Counted from the first letter of the stretch, positions 17,231-27,271 are shown. The stretch: DNA of 59,789 bases from Thermodesulfobacteriota bacterium (GCA_047518015.1 JAKZRS010000016.1:1-59789); one strand, 5' to 3'. The notes: a model not told the origin generated them from the letters alone. Numbers and translations are program-made.

Positions 17231-18070
17231 CCCGTCAACGACTCTGGGAGACGGCCTGCTGAAATAGGAATTGGCATCCACTATGTAGCAGTGCCCTTTT
17301 TGTACCGCGCGCAGCGTATGCCATTGTCTTACCCCGCCGGTCAATTCCTCTATTCCGTCAAGCGTTTTTTCTACATCGAACCCACAGGGCATTATGATCA
17401 GGTAGTCCGGGGAAGACTCTAGTATCTCATCCCAGCTTGTCTTAAACGAAGGTTCTCCCGTCCTTGAGATCAGCGGTTCTCCTCCAGCTGTCTTTACCAT
17501 TTCAGGCACCCAGTGCCCGGCAGCGTAAGGAGGGTTGAGCCACTCAAGACAGAAGACCCCCGGGCGGTATCTTTCGCCCGAAAGCTTTTTCTCGACGGTT
17601 TCGATTCTTTTGCGAAGGTCATCTACGAGTTGCGAAGCCTTCTCTTTGGTTTGCGTGACTTCTCCCAGAAGCACTATGGAATCCAGTATCTCCCCAATTG
17701 TGGTAGGGTTCAGGGACAGGATTTCGGGACTGTTCTCAAGAACCTCGCAGATTTCCGTCACCTCGTTTTCGGATACGGCGCAGACATCGCAAAGACCCTG
17801 AGTGATGATAAGATCCGGCTTCATCTCATTTAGACGCTCCGAGTCGATCAGATAGACGCTTTTCCCCTCCGAGCGGCTGCGGCTTACAAGTTCGTCTATG
17901 CGTGCGCTTGAGAGCTTCTCCTTTCCTTCGAGAATGCTTTTTACGACCACGGGTTTGTCACGCGCCTGCGGCGGGTAATCGCATTCATGGGTTACTCCGA
18001 CTAGGTTTTCCTCAAGTCCGAGAGCGAATATTATCTCGGTTGAGCTTGGAAGAAACGAACATATTCTCAT
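17120..18070 (-). CDS. cobalamin/Fe-siderophore-type binding protein (BtuF-like, Peripla_BP_2 fold) lacking a signal peptide
   Basis: MRICSFLPSSTEIIFALGLEENLVGVTHECDYP is the typical first strand-helix of the BtuF-like family, and it starts at residue 1 with no signal peptide. 316 aa. Confidence 0.7.
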   Translation of the reverse strand: MRICSFLPSSTEIIFALGLEENLVGVTHECDYPPQARDKPVVVKSILEGKEKLSSARIDELVSRSRSEGKSVYLIDSERLNEMKPDLIITQGLCDVCAVSENEVTEICEVLENSPEILSLNPTTIGEILDSIVLLGEVTQTKEKASQLVDDLRKRIETVEKKLSGERYRPGVFCLEWLNPPYAAGHWVPEMVKTAGGEPLISRTGEPSFKTSWDEILESSPDYLIIMPCGFDVEKTLDGIEELTGGVRQWHTLRAVQKGHCYIVDANSYFSRPSPRVVDGIELLAGVIHSDIFTQRPRKDSVLNVKNHFYLQTFLG

Positions 18071-18159
18071 GACCTTTATTATACAATCCGCGGGAGGAAA
18101 TCCCCAAGCTGTACCTGCGGATTTCTTTTTTTACCGCTTCGGCGTGTAAAATAGTCTTT

Positions 18160-19563
18160 GTGAAGATCGTAACAAGATTCGCTCCCAGCCCCACGGGCGC
18201 TCTTCATGTGGGAGCGGCCCGTACTGCTATTTTCAATTGGCTTTTTTCCACGAGTCTTGGCGGAGATTTTCTGCTCAGGATTGAGGATACCGACCGCGCG
18301 CGCTCCGAGGAGAAATTCGAACGGCAGATCACCGAATCGCTTAAGTGGCTCGGACTTCGGTGGCAGGGGGGAATCATCCGCCAGTCAGAGCGGCTCGACA
18401 CTTACGGACAGCTTGCCGAGAGGCTTATTGACGAGGAAAAAGCATACAGATGCTACGTTACTGCCGAAGAACTCGGGCGGAGGAGAGAAGAGGCCAGAGA
18501 TAAAGGGGAGGTTTTCAGATACAGGAGGGAGTGGTCGCAGCTGGGTGCCGCCCCCGGAAAACCTTACGCCGTAAGGCTTTCGGTATTCCCTGGAGAAAAG
18601 ATCTCCGTTGAGGACCTAGTCCGCGGTGGGATAGTTTTTGACTCCTCGGAAATAGAAGACTTCGTGATACTGAAAGCCGACGGGTTTCCGACCTACAATT
18701 TCGCCGCGGCGGTTGATGATGCGCAGATGGAAATATCTCACATCATAAGGGGTGATGACCACATAATAAACGCCCCGAGGCAGATACTGATAGCCGATGC
18801 GCTCGGCTTGGCGAAGCCGCAGCTTGCCCATGTTCCGATGATACTCGGTGCGGACGGAAAAAAACTTTCCAAGCGCCACGGCGCGGAATCCGTTACTGAG
18901 TACCGCCTGGGGGGATACCTTCCCGAGGCGGTCCTTAACTATCTCGTGAGACTTGGGTGGTCTTTCGGGGACCAGGAGATTTTTACAAGAGAGGAACTCG
19001 TTGAAAAATTCAGCCTCAAAGGCATCGGAAAATCCCCCTCTGTGTTTGATTCCCAGAAATTCCTCTGGCTTAACGGAAAATACTTAAGGGACCTGCCCGA
19101 GGAGCAGATATCCGAGGAAGTAGTCAATCTTACCAGACAGAAGGAACTTCCTGAGCAGTCTCCCGCACGGCTTCGCAAAATAATCGCGCAGATGCGCGAG
19201 CGGTCAGAGACTCTGAACGGAATCGTGGAGCAGTCCCTTTATTTTTTCACCGACGATTTTGAATACGATGAAAAAGCGGCGGAAAAATTCCTGGTGGAGC
19301 GAAGCGGCGAGATTTTCAAGCTTCTGGCGGAGGAGCTTTCCCGTGTCGAGGATTTTTCCCATGATAATATTCACAAGGGTTTCGAGCGCGTTATGGAAAA
19401 TACTGGTCTTGGGCTCGGGAAGATAGCCCAGCCGGTAAGAGTCGCGCTTACCGGCTCGACTAAGAGTCCCGGAATCTTTGATGTTGTCGAGATACTGGGC
19501 AAAGACACTGTCGCGCGGCGCCTCGCTAGGGCAATTGACTTTATAAGATCCCGGAATGCCTGA
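18160..19563 (+). CDS. gltX: glutamate--tRNA ligase
   Basis: RFAPSPTGALHVG (HIGH motif) and KLSKR (KMSKS motif). GTG start. Confidence 0.9.
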   Translation: MKIVTRFAPSPTGALHVGAARTAIFNWLFSTSLGGDFLLRIEDTDRARSEEKFERQITESLKWLGLRWQGGIIRQSERLDTYGQLAERLIDEEKAYRCYVTAEELGRRREEARDKGEVFRYRREWSQLGAAPGKPYAVRLSVFPGEKISVEDLVRGGIVFDSSEIEDFVILKADGFPTYNFAAAVDDAQMEISHIIRGDDHIINAPRQILIADALGLAKPQLAHVPMILGADGKKLSKRHGAESVTEYRLGGYLPEAVLNYLVRLGWSFGDQEIFTREELVEKFSLKGIGKSPSVFDSQKFLWLNGKYLRDLPEEQISEEVVNLTRQKELPEQSPARLRKIIAQMRERSETLNGIVEQSLYFFTDDFEYDEKAAEKFLVERSGEIFKLLAEELSRVEDFSHDNIHKGFERVMENTGLGLGKIAQPVRVALTGSTKSPGIFDVVEILGKDTVARRLARAIDFIRSRNA

Positions 19564-19565
19564 AG

Positions 19566-20168
19566 ATGAGAATATACGGGCTTACAGGAAACATAGGCTC
19601 AGGCAAATCAACGGTGGCGCAGCGGTTGCGCGAACTCGGGGCGTTCACCGTGGACGCGGACGAGGTGGCGAGGGAAATCGTACGGCCCGGGGAGCCTGCG
19701 CTTGCGGAAATCGTTAACTGCTTCGGCCGGGAGATTCTCCGTGCGGACGGGACGCTTAACCGCGGTGCTCTCGCCAAAATAGTGTTTGCAAGCGAGCGGG
19801 ACCGCGAGCGACTGAACCGGATAACCCATCCGAGGATTCTTGAGAGGATAAAAGAGAAGATCTCTGGCCAAAGCGGCGAGCAGATGGTGTTTGTTGAGGC
19901 GTCTCTTATCGATCGAGAAGAAGGCGGTCTTAATGACCTGATCGATGGACTGGTGGTAGTTACGTGTCCCGGGGAACTTAGGGAACGCAGGGTAGCGGCC
20001 CGCGACTCCATGTTGCCCGAGGAAATCCGCCGTCGCATGGGCTCGCAGATGTCCGAAACGGAAAAGGCGTCTCAAGCCGATTTTCTCATAAAAAACTCCT
20101 CAGACATGGGGAGTCTGCGCGTCCAGGTGGATATTCTGTTCGAGTCTCTTTGCGTTCTGGAGTCTTGA
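19566..20168 (+). CDS. coaE: dephospho-CoA kinase
   Basis: GLTGNIGSGKSTV P-loop; 200 aa. Confidence 0.9.
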   Translation: MRIYGLTGNIGSGKSTVAQRLRELGAFTVDADEVAREIVRPGEPALAEIVNCFGREILRADGTLNRGALAKIVFASERDRERLNRITHPRILERIKEKISGQSGEQMVFVEASLIDREEGGLNDLIDGLVVVTCPGELRERRVAARDSMLPEEIRRRMGSQMSETEKASQADFLIKNSSDMGSLRVQVDILFESLCVLES

Positions 20169-20236
20169 AACGGCGTTTCTGCGTGTTATGATTGACTGAT
20201 CCGTTTTTAGCTGGGAGTGGGCCTGGAGCGTATCCA

Positions 20237-21781
20237 ATGAAAGAGAAAGTCAGAATTCTTGAAGATAAGGAAAAAGAAGCAAGCTTGGGCGGCGGCGAAA
20301 CCAGAATCAAAAGACAGCACGATTCCGGCAAGCACACAGCCCGCGAGCGGATAGCCGAGCTTCTTGACAGAGATACTTTTGTCGAACTCGACAAGTTTAT
20401 CCTGCACGGCTGCACCGATTTCGGCATGGATAAAAAGAAAATCCTCGGCGACGGCGTGGTTACGGGTTACGGAAAGATTGAAGGGCGCCAAGTATTTGTC
20501 TACGCCCAGGACTTCACGGTTTTCGGCGGTTCCCTTGGTTTTGAGCAGGGAAAAAAGATATGCAAGGTAATGGATCTGGCGCTTTCAACAGGGGCGCCGA
20601 TCATAGGGCTTAACGACTCAGGCGGAGCGAGAATCCAGGAAGGAGTCAAAAGTCTCGGCGCTTACGGAGAGATATTTCTTCGAAACGTGATCTCCTCGGG
20701 AGTCATCCCACAGATATCCGCGATCATGGGTCCATGCGCCGGAGGGGCAGTTTACTCCCCCGTAATGAACGATTTCACGATCATGTCAAAGAACACGAGC
20801 TATATGTTTGTGACAGGTCCCGACGTAATAAAGACTGTTACCCATGAAGAGGTGTCCTCAGAAGAGCTTGGCGGCGCCATGGTTCATAATTCCATAAGCG
20901 GCGTCGCGCATTTCGCCTCGGAGGATGACAGCGACTCTATAGAACTAATAAAGGAACTCATCAGTTTCCTTCCTTCAAACAACATGGAGGATCCGCCGGT
21001 GATTCCATGCGATGATCCAGTGGACAGAAAAGAGATGAGTCTTCACGAGCTTATCCCCGATAACCCCAACAAGCCCTACGATATACTGGATGTGGTGAGA
21101 CCCATAGTAGATAATTCGTATTTCTTCGAGGTGCAGGAGCACTACGCGAAAAACATAGTTATAGGGTTTGCGAGAATGAACGGACAGCCGATTGGTATCG
21201 TGGGGAACCAGCCCAATGTGCTGGCAGGGTGTCTTGACATAGACGCCTCAGTTAAGGGAGCCAGGTTCGTAAGATTCTGCGACGCTTTTAATATCCCCCT
21301 TCTTACTTTTGTCGACGTGCCGGGTTTTCTTCCGGGAACCTCGCAGGAATGGGGAGGGATCATACGGCACGGCGCAAAACTGCTTTACGCATACTGCGAG
21401 GCCACGGTTCCTAGAATTACGGTGATAACCAGAAAGGCTTACGGAGGAGCTTACGACGTCATGTCCTCAAAACACATAAGAGGGGACATGAACTTTGCCT
21501 ATCCCACGGCGGAAATCGCGGTCATGGGCCCCGATGGAGCGGTGAACATAATTTCCCGCGGGGAAATAGCGACCGCTGACGATCCCGATGCCGAAAGAAT
21601 CAGACTTATTGAGGAGTACAAAAAGAATTTCGCAAATCCGTATCGCGCTGCGAGCCTGGGTTACATAGACGAAGTCATAAAACCCGAAGATACGAGACAC
21701 AGAGTGATAGCGGCACTTGAGATGCTCGGCGGGAAAAGACAGACGCTTCCACCGAAAAAACACGGGAACATTCCCCTCTGA
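20237..21781 (+). CDS. acyl-CoA carboxylase carboxyltransferase (beta) subunit, PccB/12S-like
   Basis: Start moved to ATG 20237 ([15 protein letters not shown]...). GGARIQEG, and two crotonase-like CT halves typical of propionyl-CoA carboxylase beta. Confidence 0.9.
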   Translation: MKEKVRILEDKEKEASLGGGETRIKRQHDSGKHTARERIAELLDRDTFVELDKFILHGCTDFGMDKKKILGDGVVTGYGKIEGRQVFVYAQDFTVFGGSLGFEQGKKICKVMDLALSTGAPIIGLNDSGGARIQEGVKSLGAYGEIFLRNVISSGVIPQISAIMGPCAGGAVYSPVMNDFTIMSKNTSYMFVTGPDVIKTVTHEEVSSEELGGAMVHNSISGVAHFASEDDSDSIELIKELISFLPSNNMEDPPVIPCDDPVDRKEMSLHELIPDNPNKPYDILDVVRPIVDNSYFFEVQEHYAKNIVIGFARMNGQPIGIVGNQPNVLAGCLDIDASVKGARFVRFCDAFNIPLLTFVDVPGFLPGTSQEWGGIIRHGAKLLYAYCEATVPRITVITRKAYGGAYDVMSSKHIRGDMNFAYPTAEIAVMGPDGAVNIISRGEIATADDPDAERIRLIEEYKKNFANPYRAASLGYIDEVIKPEDTRHRVIAALEMLGGKRQTLPPKKHGNIPL

Positions 21782-21797
21782 GCGACCGGGTAAAAAG

Positions 21798-23294
21798 ATG
21801 TTCAAGAAGATACTGATAGCAAACAGGGGAGAGATAGCGGTAAGAATCATCAGGGCGTGCCGGGAGCTTGGAATCGCTACCGTAGCTGTATATTCGGATG
21901 CCGACAGAAACGCTCTTCACGTGATGCTCGCGGACGAGGCCTACCACATAGGACCGTCAAAACCCTCGGAAAGCTATCTGGTCGGGGAGAAAATAGTTGC
22001 GGTTGCCAAGGAATCGGGAGCCGAAGCCATACACCCCGGGTTCGGATTTCTCTCCGAAAACGATTCCTTCGCCGAAATGTGCCAGAAAGAAGGCGTAGTT
22101 TTCATAGGGCCTTCCCCAGAGGCGATAAGGCTTATGGGGGATAAGGTCACCGCGAGGAAAATAGCAAGAGACGCGGGCATACCCCTTGTTCCCGGATCCG
22201 AGGGAGCCGTATCCGATGTTGAGGCATCGAGGGTGGCGAAGAAAATCGGCTACCCGGTGATGATAAAGGCTTCTGCGGGCGGGGGCGGAAAGGGAATGAG
22301 GCTTGTTAATTCCAAGGAGGAGTTCGAACCGTCCCTTCGGATGGCTAGAAGCGAGGCGTTTTCCTCTTTCGGAGACGATTCGGTATTCATAGAAAAGTTC
22401 ATTCAGCAACCAAGACACGTCGAAATCCAAGTTCTCGGGGACAAGCACGGAAATCTGCTGCATCTGTTCGAGCGGGAATGCTCGATACAGAGGCGCCACC
22501 AGAAGGTGATAGAGGAAGCTCCCTCGGGATTCATAAACGCGAAGACGAGAAAAAGCATGTGCGAAGTCGCCCTTCGCATAGCAAAGGCGGTTGACTATTT
22601 CGGGGCCGGCACGGTCGAGTTCATAATGGATCAGAAGGAAAATTTCTATTTCCTGGAGATGAACACCAGGGTGCAGGTCGAGCATCCGGTCACGGAGATG
22701 ATCACCGGAATTGATATCGTAAAGTGGATGATAAGGATAGCTTCGGGAGAGAAACTGCCCTTCAAGCAGTCCGCCATAAAAATGCGCGGCCACGCGCTTG
22801 AGTGCAGGGTTTACGCGGAGGACCCCGCCACCAATTTTCTCCCCTCGCCGGGAACACTCCAGTACGTGCGCGCTCCCGGAGGTCCGGGAGTGAGGGACGA
22901 TTCGTCTGTTTACAGCGGCTGCGAGATAACATCTTTCTACGACCCGATGCTCTCAAAGCTTGTCGTCTGGGGAGATTCTCGGGAGGATGCGGTAGACAGG
23001 ATGTTTTCCGCCCTCAGGGAATATGTGGTTCTGGGGGTGAGAACCAATCTCGGGTTTCTGATCAGGATGATGCAGAACTCGGAGTTCCGCAAGGCACAGA
23101 TTGACACCGGTTTTATAGAAAGACATCCTGAACTTCTTGTGCCCGAACAATCCGATCCTGAACTTATACTTATGGCCGCCGCAGTTGCCATGAACGGTGG
23201 CTCAAACAAAACCGCGCAGGGAACGAGCGGTACTTCTTCAGGCTGGAAGCTTTTTGCCAGAAGAGCCGGCGTATCCGGGAATCCGCTTTTATGA
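21798..23294 (+). CDS. accC: biotin carboxylase subunit
   Basis: Start moved to ATG 21798 (MFKKILIANRGEIAVRIIRA). ATP-grasp GGGGKGM and EMNTRVQVEHPVTE. No fused BCCP domain. Confidence 0.9.
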   Translation: MFKKILIANRGEIAVRIIRACRELGIATVAVYSDADRNALHVMLADEAYHIGPSKPSESYLVGEKIVAVAKESGAEAIHPGFGFLSENDSFAEMCQKEGVVFIGPSPEAIRLMGDKVTARKIARDAGIPLVPGSEGAVSDVEASRVAKKIGYPVMIKASAGGGGKGMRLVNSKEEFEPSLRMARSEAFSSFGDDSVFIEKFIQQPRHVEIQVLGDKHGNLLHLFERECSIQRRHQKVIEEAPSGFINAKTRKSMCEVALRIAKAVDYFGAGTVEFIMDQKENFYFLEMNTRVQVEHPVTEMITGIDIVKWMIRIASGEKLPFKQSAIKMRGHALECRVYAEDPATNFLPSPGTLQYVRAPGGPGVRDDSSVYSGCEITSFYDPMLSKLVVWGDSREDAVDRMFSALREYVVLGVRTNLGFLIRMMQNSEFRKAQIDTGFIERHPELLVPEQSDPELILMAAAVAMNGGSNKTAQGTSGTSSGWKLFARRAGVSGNPLL

Positions 23295-23782
23295 CGTACA
23301 CTTTCAAACTGGGAAACAAAACCTTCAAGGTAGATTTTGAAGAAAAAGAAGGGTTGAGTCTCATCAGTATCGACGGCGAGCAGAAAGAAATGGAGTTTCT
23401 GCGGATAGATGAAAATATCTATTCGATTCTGGTTAATAACGAAAGTATCACAGTAGGTATATTCAGGGAAGGAAAAAAAATACAAGTTTTCCACGGGGGC
23501 GACCTCCACGAGATAGAGGTTGTCTCCGGAAGGGATGCTTCCCAGGCAGAAGGGACGGGCGGTCTTAACATAACGGCTCCGATGCACAGCAGGATAGTGA
23601 AAATCCTCAAAAAACAGGGTGACAGGGTCGAGGTGGGCGACAGCGTAGTAGTTGTTGAAGCCATGAAGATGGAAAGTGAACTTAAGGTCTCCGCTTCGGG
23701 AACCATAAAAGAGATAAAAATCAAGGAAGGTGATACGGTTGAAAAAGACTCCGTTCTGGTTGCTCTCTCCGATAGTGAATAA
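23291..23782 (+). CDS. biotin carboxyl carrier protein
   Basis: 163 aa. C-terminal biotinyl domain with EAMKMESEL. ATGA overlap with accC. Confidence 0.8.
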   Translation: MTYTFKLGNKTFKVDFEEKEGLSLISIDGEQKEMEFLRIDENIYSILVNNESITVGIFREGKKIQVFHGGDLHEIEVVSGRDASQAEGTGGLNITAPMHSRIVKILKKQGDRVEVGDSVVVVEAMKMESELKVSASGTIKEIKIKEGDTVEKDSVLVALSDSE

Positions 23783-23807
23783 TAATCGGGGAAGAGGTCA
23801 TTTCAGT

Positions 23808-24959
23808 ATGAAAAGAATAAGTATCCTTCTGTTTTTTGCCGTGGTGGTCGCGGCTGCGGTTTTTGCTCTTGTATCCTGTGACGAGGAAAGTGCCGAAGAG
23901 GTTCCGGTAGGTGTTGTAGTTCCTCTAAAGGGCGAGCTTGAATCAACAGGCCTAAACATGAGAAACGGCATGGAGCTTGCCCTTGAGGAAATTAACGGAT
24001 CGTCGCTTCTTGACGGGAAGAAAATCAGGTTCATCGTTGAGGATTCCGAAAGTACCGTGGAGGGCGCCCGGAGAGCGTACAGAAAGCTTATTGAACAGGA
24101 CGGCGTGGTAGCCGTACTCGGTCCCTTTACTTCAACGTCGACCGGAGAGGTTATTCCTATATCTCATGAAAACAAAGTCGTATCCTTCAGTCCCACCTCT
24201 GCCGCAAACGGTCTCAGCGCTGAGAGCGAATTTGCTTTTCGCGCTTCACTTACCGTAGGGCGTCTGGTGCCTGAAGGGGTGAGTATTACTAGGGAGCGTC
24301 TGCGCTACAGCAAAGTGGCTACGATAACAAATGATCGCGACGCTTTTTCCCAAAGTAACCTTGAGCAGTTGAAACGGGCATTTGACGATGAGGGAGTCAC
24401 GGTTGTGAGCGAGCAGAGCTATACTCGGTCCCAGAACGAACTGTTTCCCGACCTGACTGACCAATTGACCGAGATAAAGGATGCAAATCCAGAGGCCATC
24501 TTCATCTCGGCCCTGACGTCCGGACGCATGGAAATTCCGGTTCAGGCCAGACGGCTCGGCATAGAAGCTCCTTTTATAATGACCCTGCTCACGATAGACG
24601 ACGTGAACAAGGCGAACGATCAGCTGCCCGGTGCAGCCGAGGGCGCGATTACTTTTACGGTCTGGCTTGCCGCTATCGACACTCCAGAAAATCGTATCTT
24701 TCTTAGAAATTACCGAGAAAAATACGGCCAGGAACCCAACGCCTTTGCCGCGCGGTCATACGGAGCCGCTCATATCTTGGCCCAGGCTATCGCTGATGCC
24801 GATTCAACCGATTCGCAGGCGATTCGTGATGCGATGGCTGACGTCAGAGTGGAGAATACTGTTTTCGGCGATTTCTATTTTGACCATAATGGCGATGCGG
24901 TTTACGAACCGATTTTAGGGATAGTAAGAAACGGCATATTCGAAGTTTTCGGGCAGTAA
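23808..24959 (+). CDS. ABC-type substrate-binding lipoprotein, type-1 PBP (branched-chain amino acid-binding-like)
   Basis: Start moved to ATG 23808 (MKRISILLFFAVVVAAAVFALVSC lipobox). VGVVVPLKGELESTG...LGPFTSTS core. Confidence 0.8.
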   Translation: MKRISILLFFAVVVAAAVFALVSCDEESAEEVPVGVVVPLKGELESTGLNMRNGMELALEEINGSSLLDGKKIRFIVEDSESTVEGARRAYRKLIEQDGVVAVLGPFTSTSTGEVIPISHENKVVSFSPTSAANGLSAESEFAFRASLTVGRLVPEGVSITRERLRYSKVATITNDRDAFSQSNLEQLKRAFDDEGVTVVSEQSYTRSQNELFPDLTDQLTEIKDANPEAIFISALTSGRMEIPVQARRLGIEAPFIMTLLTIDDVNKANDQLPGAAEGAITFTVWLAAIDTPENRIFLRNYREKYGQEPNAFAARSYGAAHILAQAIADADSTDSQAIRDAMADVRVENTVFGDFYFDHNGDAVYEPILGIVRNGIFEVFGQ

Positions 24960-25047
24960 TTGGCTCAGCATGCTAACTCGACCCTTTCCGCTTGCGGGCG
25001 GTTTTTATGAAATAATCCGCAAGCAGCGAGGGTTTCAAGCTGTTATT

Positions 25048-26664
25048 ATGAAAGTATTGAAAAGTTTTTTTCTGGTTTTCTGCGTTTTACTTTTTGTCTC
25101 CTGCGGTTCCGGAAACAAGGCCCTGGATGCGGAGGATATTTCCCGCAAAGACACGCTTAACATAAATATCGGCACCGAACCTCCCACTCTTGACTGGTCT
25201 CTCGCTACCGACGTTACGTCTTTTACGATCATAAACAATATAATGGACGGTCTCGCGGCGTTTAATGAAAAATACGAGCCCATACCCGCTCTCGCGCGAA
25301 GCTGGGGGATAAGTGAGGACGGGAAAACTTATACTTTCAAAATAAGGGAAAAAGTTTTCTGGACGGACGGAGTGCCGCTTAAGGCCGAGGATTTTATTTA
25401 TTCATGGAAAAGGATCCTTAAGCCCGAAACCGCCGGAAGTTATGCCTATTTTCTTTTTGACATACAAAACGCAAGAAAATTCAATTCCGGGGAAATAAAG
25501 GATTTCAGCAAAGTCGGGGTAAAAGCCCCGGATGAACGCACCCTTATCGTTACTCTTGAAAGACCGAGGGCTTATTTTTTGAACCTAGTCACTTTCATGT
25601 CCACTTTTCCAATGAGAAAAGATATTGTCGAAAAATACGGAACCAAGTGGACGAAAGCCGCGAACATAGTGACCCTGGGACCCTACAGACTGAAAGAATG
25701 GAAGCACCATGAGGAAGTTCTTGTTGAAGAGTATGAAAGCTACTGGGGAGAGAGGCCGAAAAGTGCCAAGAAAGTAAGGATGATAATGAACGAAAACCCA
25801 GTATCCACTCTCGCGCTTTATGAAAGCGGGGAACTCGATTTTCTTGACAGCAAAGGAATTCCACTGCTTGAAGTTCCAAGGCTTGTGAAACTCCCGGATT
25901 TTAAGCAGAGCGTGGTTTTCAGAAACAACTACATAGGATTTAACACTAAAAAAGCCCCGTTTGACAATCCTCTGGTGAGAAAGGCTTTCGCAAGCTCAAT
26001 AGACAGAAAAAGCCTCGCCGGACTTCTCCAAGGAGCGGGAGTGCCCATCACTTCATGGATACCGATCGACATGCTTGCCTACAACCCCCGGATCGGTCTT
26101 CCGTTTGATGCGCAAAAGGCGAGAAAATTTCTTGAGATGGCTGGCTATCCGAACGGAAAAGATTTTCCGCAGACCACTTTTCTCTACCCTGATACCGGGA
26201 ATAACAGAATTGTCGCCGAGGCCTTTCAGGGTATGTGGAAGGAGCACCTGGGCATCGAAGTCAAGCTTGTTAACCAGGAATGGGCTGTTTATCTGAGCAC
26301 GCTCAGAACGGATCCTCCGTCCGTATTCAGGGCTGGATGGCAGGCGGATTTCCCGGACCCTCACAATTTCATGAACCTCTTTGAGTGCGGAAGCGGGAAT
26401 AACCGTACCGGCTGGTGCAGCCCGGAGTACGATCGGCTGGTGGAAAAGGCCGCCGGGATTCTGGACCGCAAGCAAAGAACAGGTCTCTACAACAGTGCTC
26501 AGAGGATTCTCGCGGAAACGGGTGTCCCGATAGTTCCTTACCTGAACTCAGTTCAGCAGAACATGATCAAGCCGTACGTAAAGGGGCTTGAACCCGACCG
26601 CCTCAACTTTCTTTACTTCAGCAAAGTCAGCTTCGTGGATCCTTCCGCACCCGGCGAACTTTGA
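25048..26664 (+). CDS. ABC-type substrate-binding lipoprotein, family 5 (peptide/nickel, OppA/DppA-like)
   Basis: Start moved to ATG 25048 (MKVLKSFFLVFCVLLFVSCGSG lipobox). SBP_bac_5-like core (LARSW...DGKTYTFKIRE..FWTDG). Confidence 0.85.
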   Translation: MKVLKSFFLVFCVLLFVSCGSGNKALDAEDISRKDTLNINIGTEPPTLDWSLATDVTSFTIINNIMDGLAAFNEKYEPIPALARSWGISEDGKTYTFKIREKVFWTDGVPLKAEDFIYSWKRILKPETAGSYAYFLFDIQNARKFNSGEIKDFSKVGVKAPDERTLIVTLERPRAYFLNLVTFMSTFPMRKDIVEKYGTKWTKAANIVTLGPYRLKEWKHHEEVLVEEYESYWGERPKSAKKVRMIMNENPVSTLALYESGELDFLDSKGIPLLEVPRLVKLPDFKQSVVFRNNYIGFNTKKAPFDNPLVRKAFASSIDRKSLAGLLQGAGVPITSWIPIDMLAYNPRIGLPFDAQKARKFLEMAGYPNGKDFPQTTFLYPDTGNNRIVAEAFQGMWKEHLGIEVKLVNQEWAVYLSTLRTDPPSVFRAGWQADFPDPHNFMNLFECGSGNNRTGWCSPEYDRLVEKAAGILDRKQRTGLYNSAQRILAETGVPIVPYLNSVQQNMIKPYVKGLEPDRLNFLYFSKVSFVDPSAPGEL

Positions 26665-26710
26665 GGGCCTGGGACACTGCCCGCGAGACGGATACCCGTG
26701 TTAGAATAGA

Positions 26711-27271
26711 TTAGTAACCGCCTATTATTCTGCCGGTTATCTTTTTCGTGTTTGTTGCGACCAGCTTTGCTATCAGGAGTCCCGCGAGAAGCCAAGCGAT
26801 CAGGATGTCAACAATGGTAACGATTATGTACGCAGCCGGGAACCCGAACCAGTTCCAGTAGGGGAAATGGCTTACAAAACCTATAGCTACTCCGATCAGG
26901 GCGACAAACCCAACTCGCCCCCAATAACCCAGTCCTGCCGTTTGGGAGAGCAGGCAGATAATGATCAGGGCGCTTATCAGGGCGCCGATGAACTGTGTGA
27001 CAAGCTGTTTTATCATCCCGGGGTCGTAGCCTTCGGGAAGGGCGTTTACAAACGCCGCCGTTTCTCCCTTCTTGTGATTCTGGTGCGCAAACGGCAGGTA
27101 ATAAACTCCGGCTTTAGGCGCATTTGCTCTTAGAACTTCGGCGACTTCGGATTCGCTGGTAAATTCATTGGCCACCATCTGGTGCCACGGAAGAACCATC
27201 CATGACACAGAACCCCAAGCAAGCAGGATTACCCCGGAAACTATAGTGGCAACCGTTTTCTTCAAGAGCAT
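26711..27271 (-). CDS. hypothetical membrane protein (about 4 TM)
   Basis: 186-aa ORF with a hydrophobic N-terminus and three C-terminal helices. No family recognised. Confidence 0.5.
   Translation of the reverse strand: MLLKKTVATIVSGVILLAWGSVSWMVLPWHQMVANEFTSESEVAEVLRANAPKAGVYYLPFAHQNHKKGETAAFVNALPEGYDPGMIKQLVTQFIGALISALIIICLLSQTAGLGYWGRVGFVALIGVAIGFVSHFPYWNWFGFPAAYIIVTIVDILIAWLLAGLLIAKLVATNTKKITGRIIGGY

Noticed and set aside
21957-22793. Long antisense ORFs: 278 aa here, plus 42216-43010 (264 aa), 28911-29591 (226 aa), 22937-23587 (216 aa), 52442-53011 (189 aa), 34820-35377 (185 aa), 9863-10390 (175 aa)
   Set aside because: All lie opposite confidently identified conserved genes and have Arg/Ser/Pro/Gly-rich shadow-frame composition with no motifs. 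They are treated as non-coding shadow ORFs.
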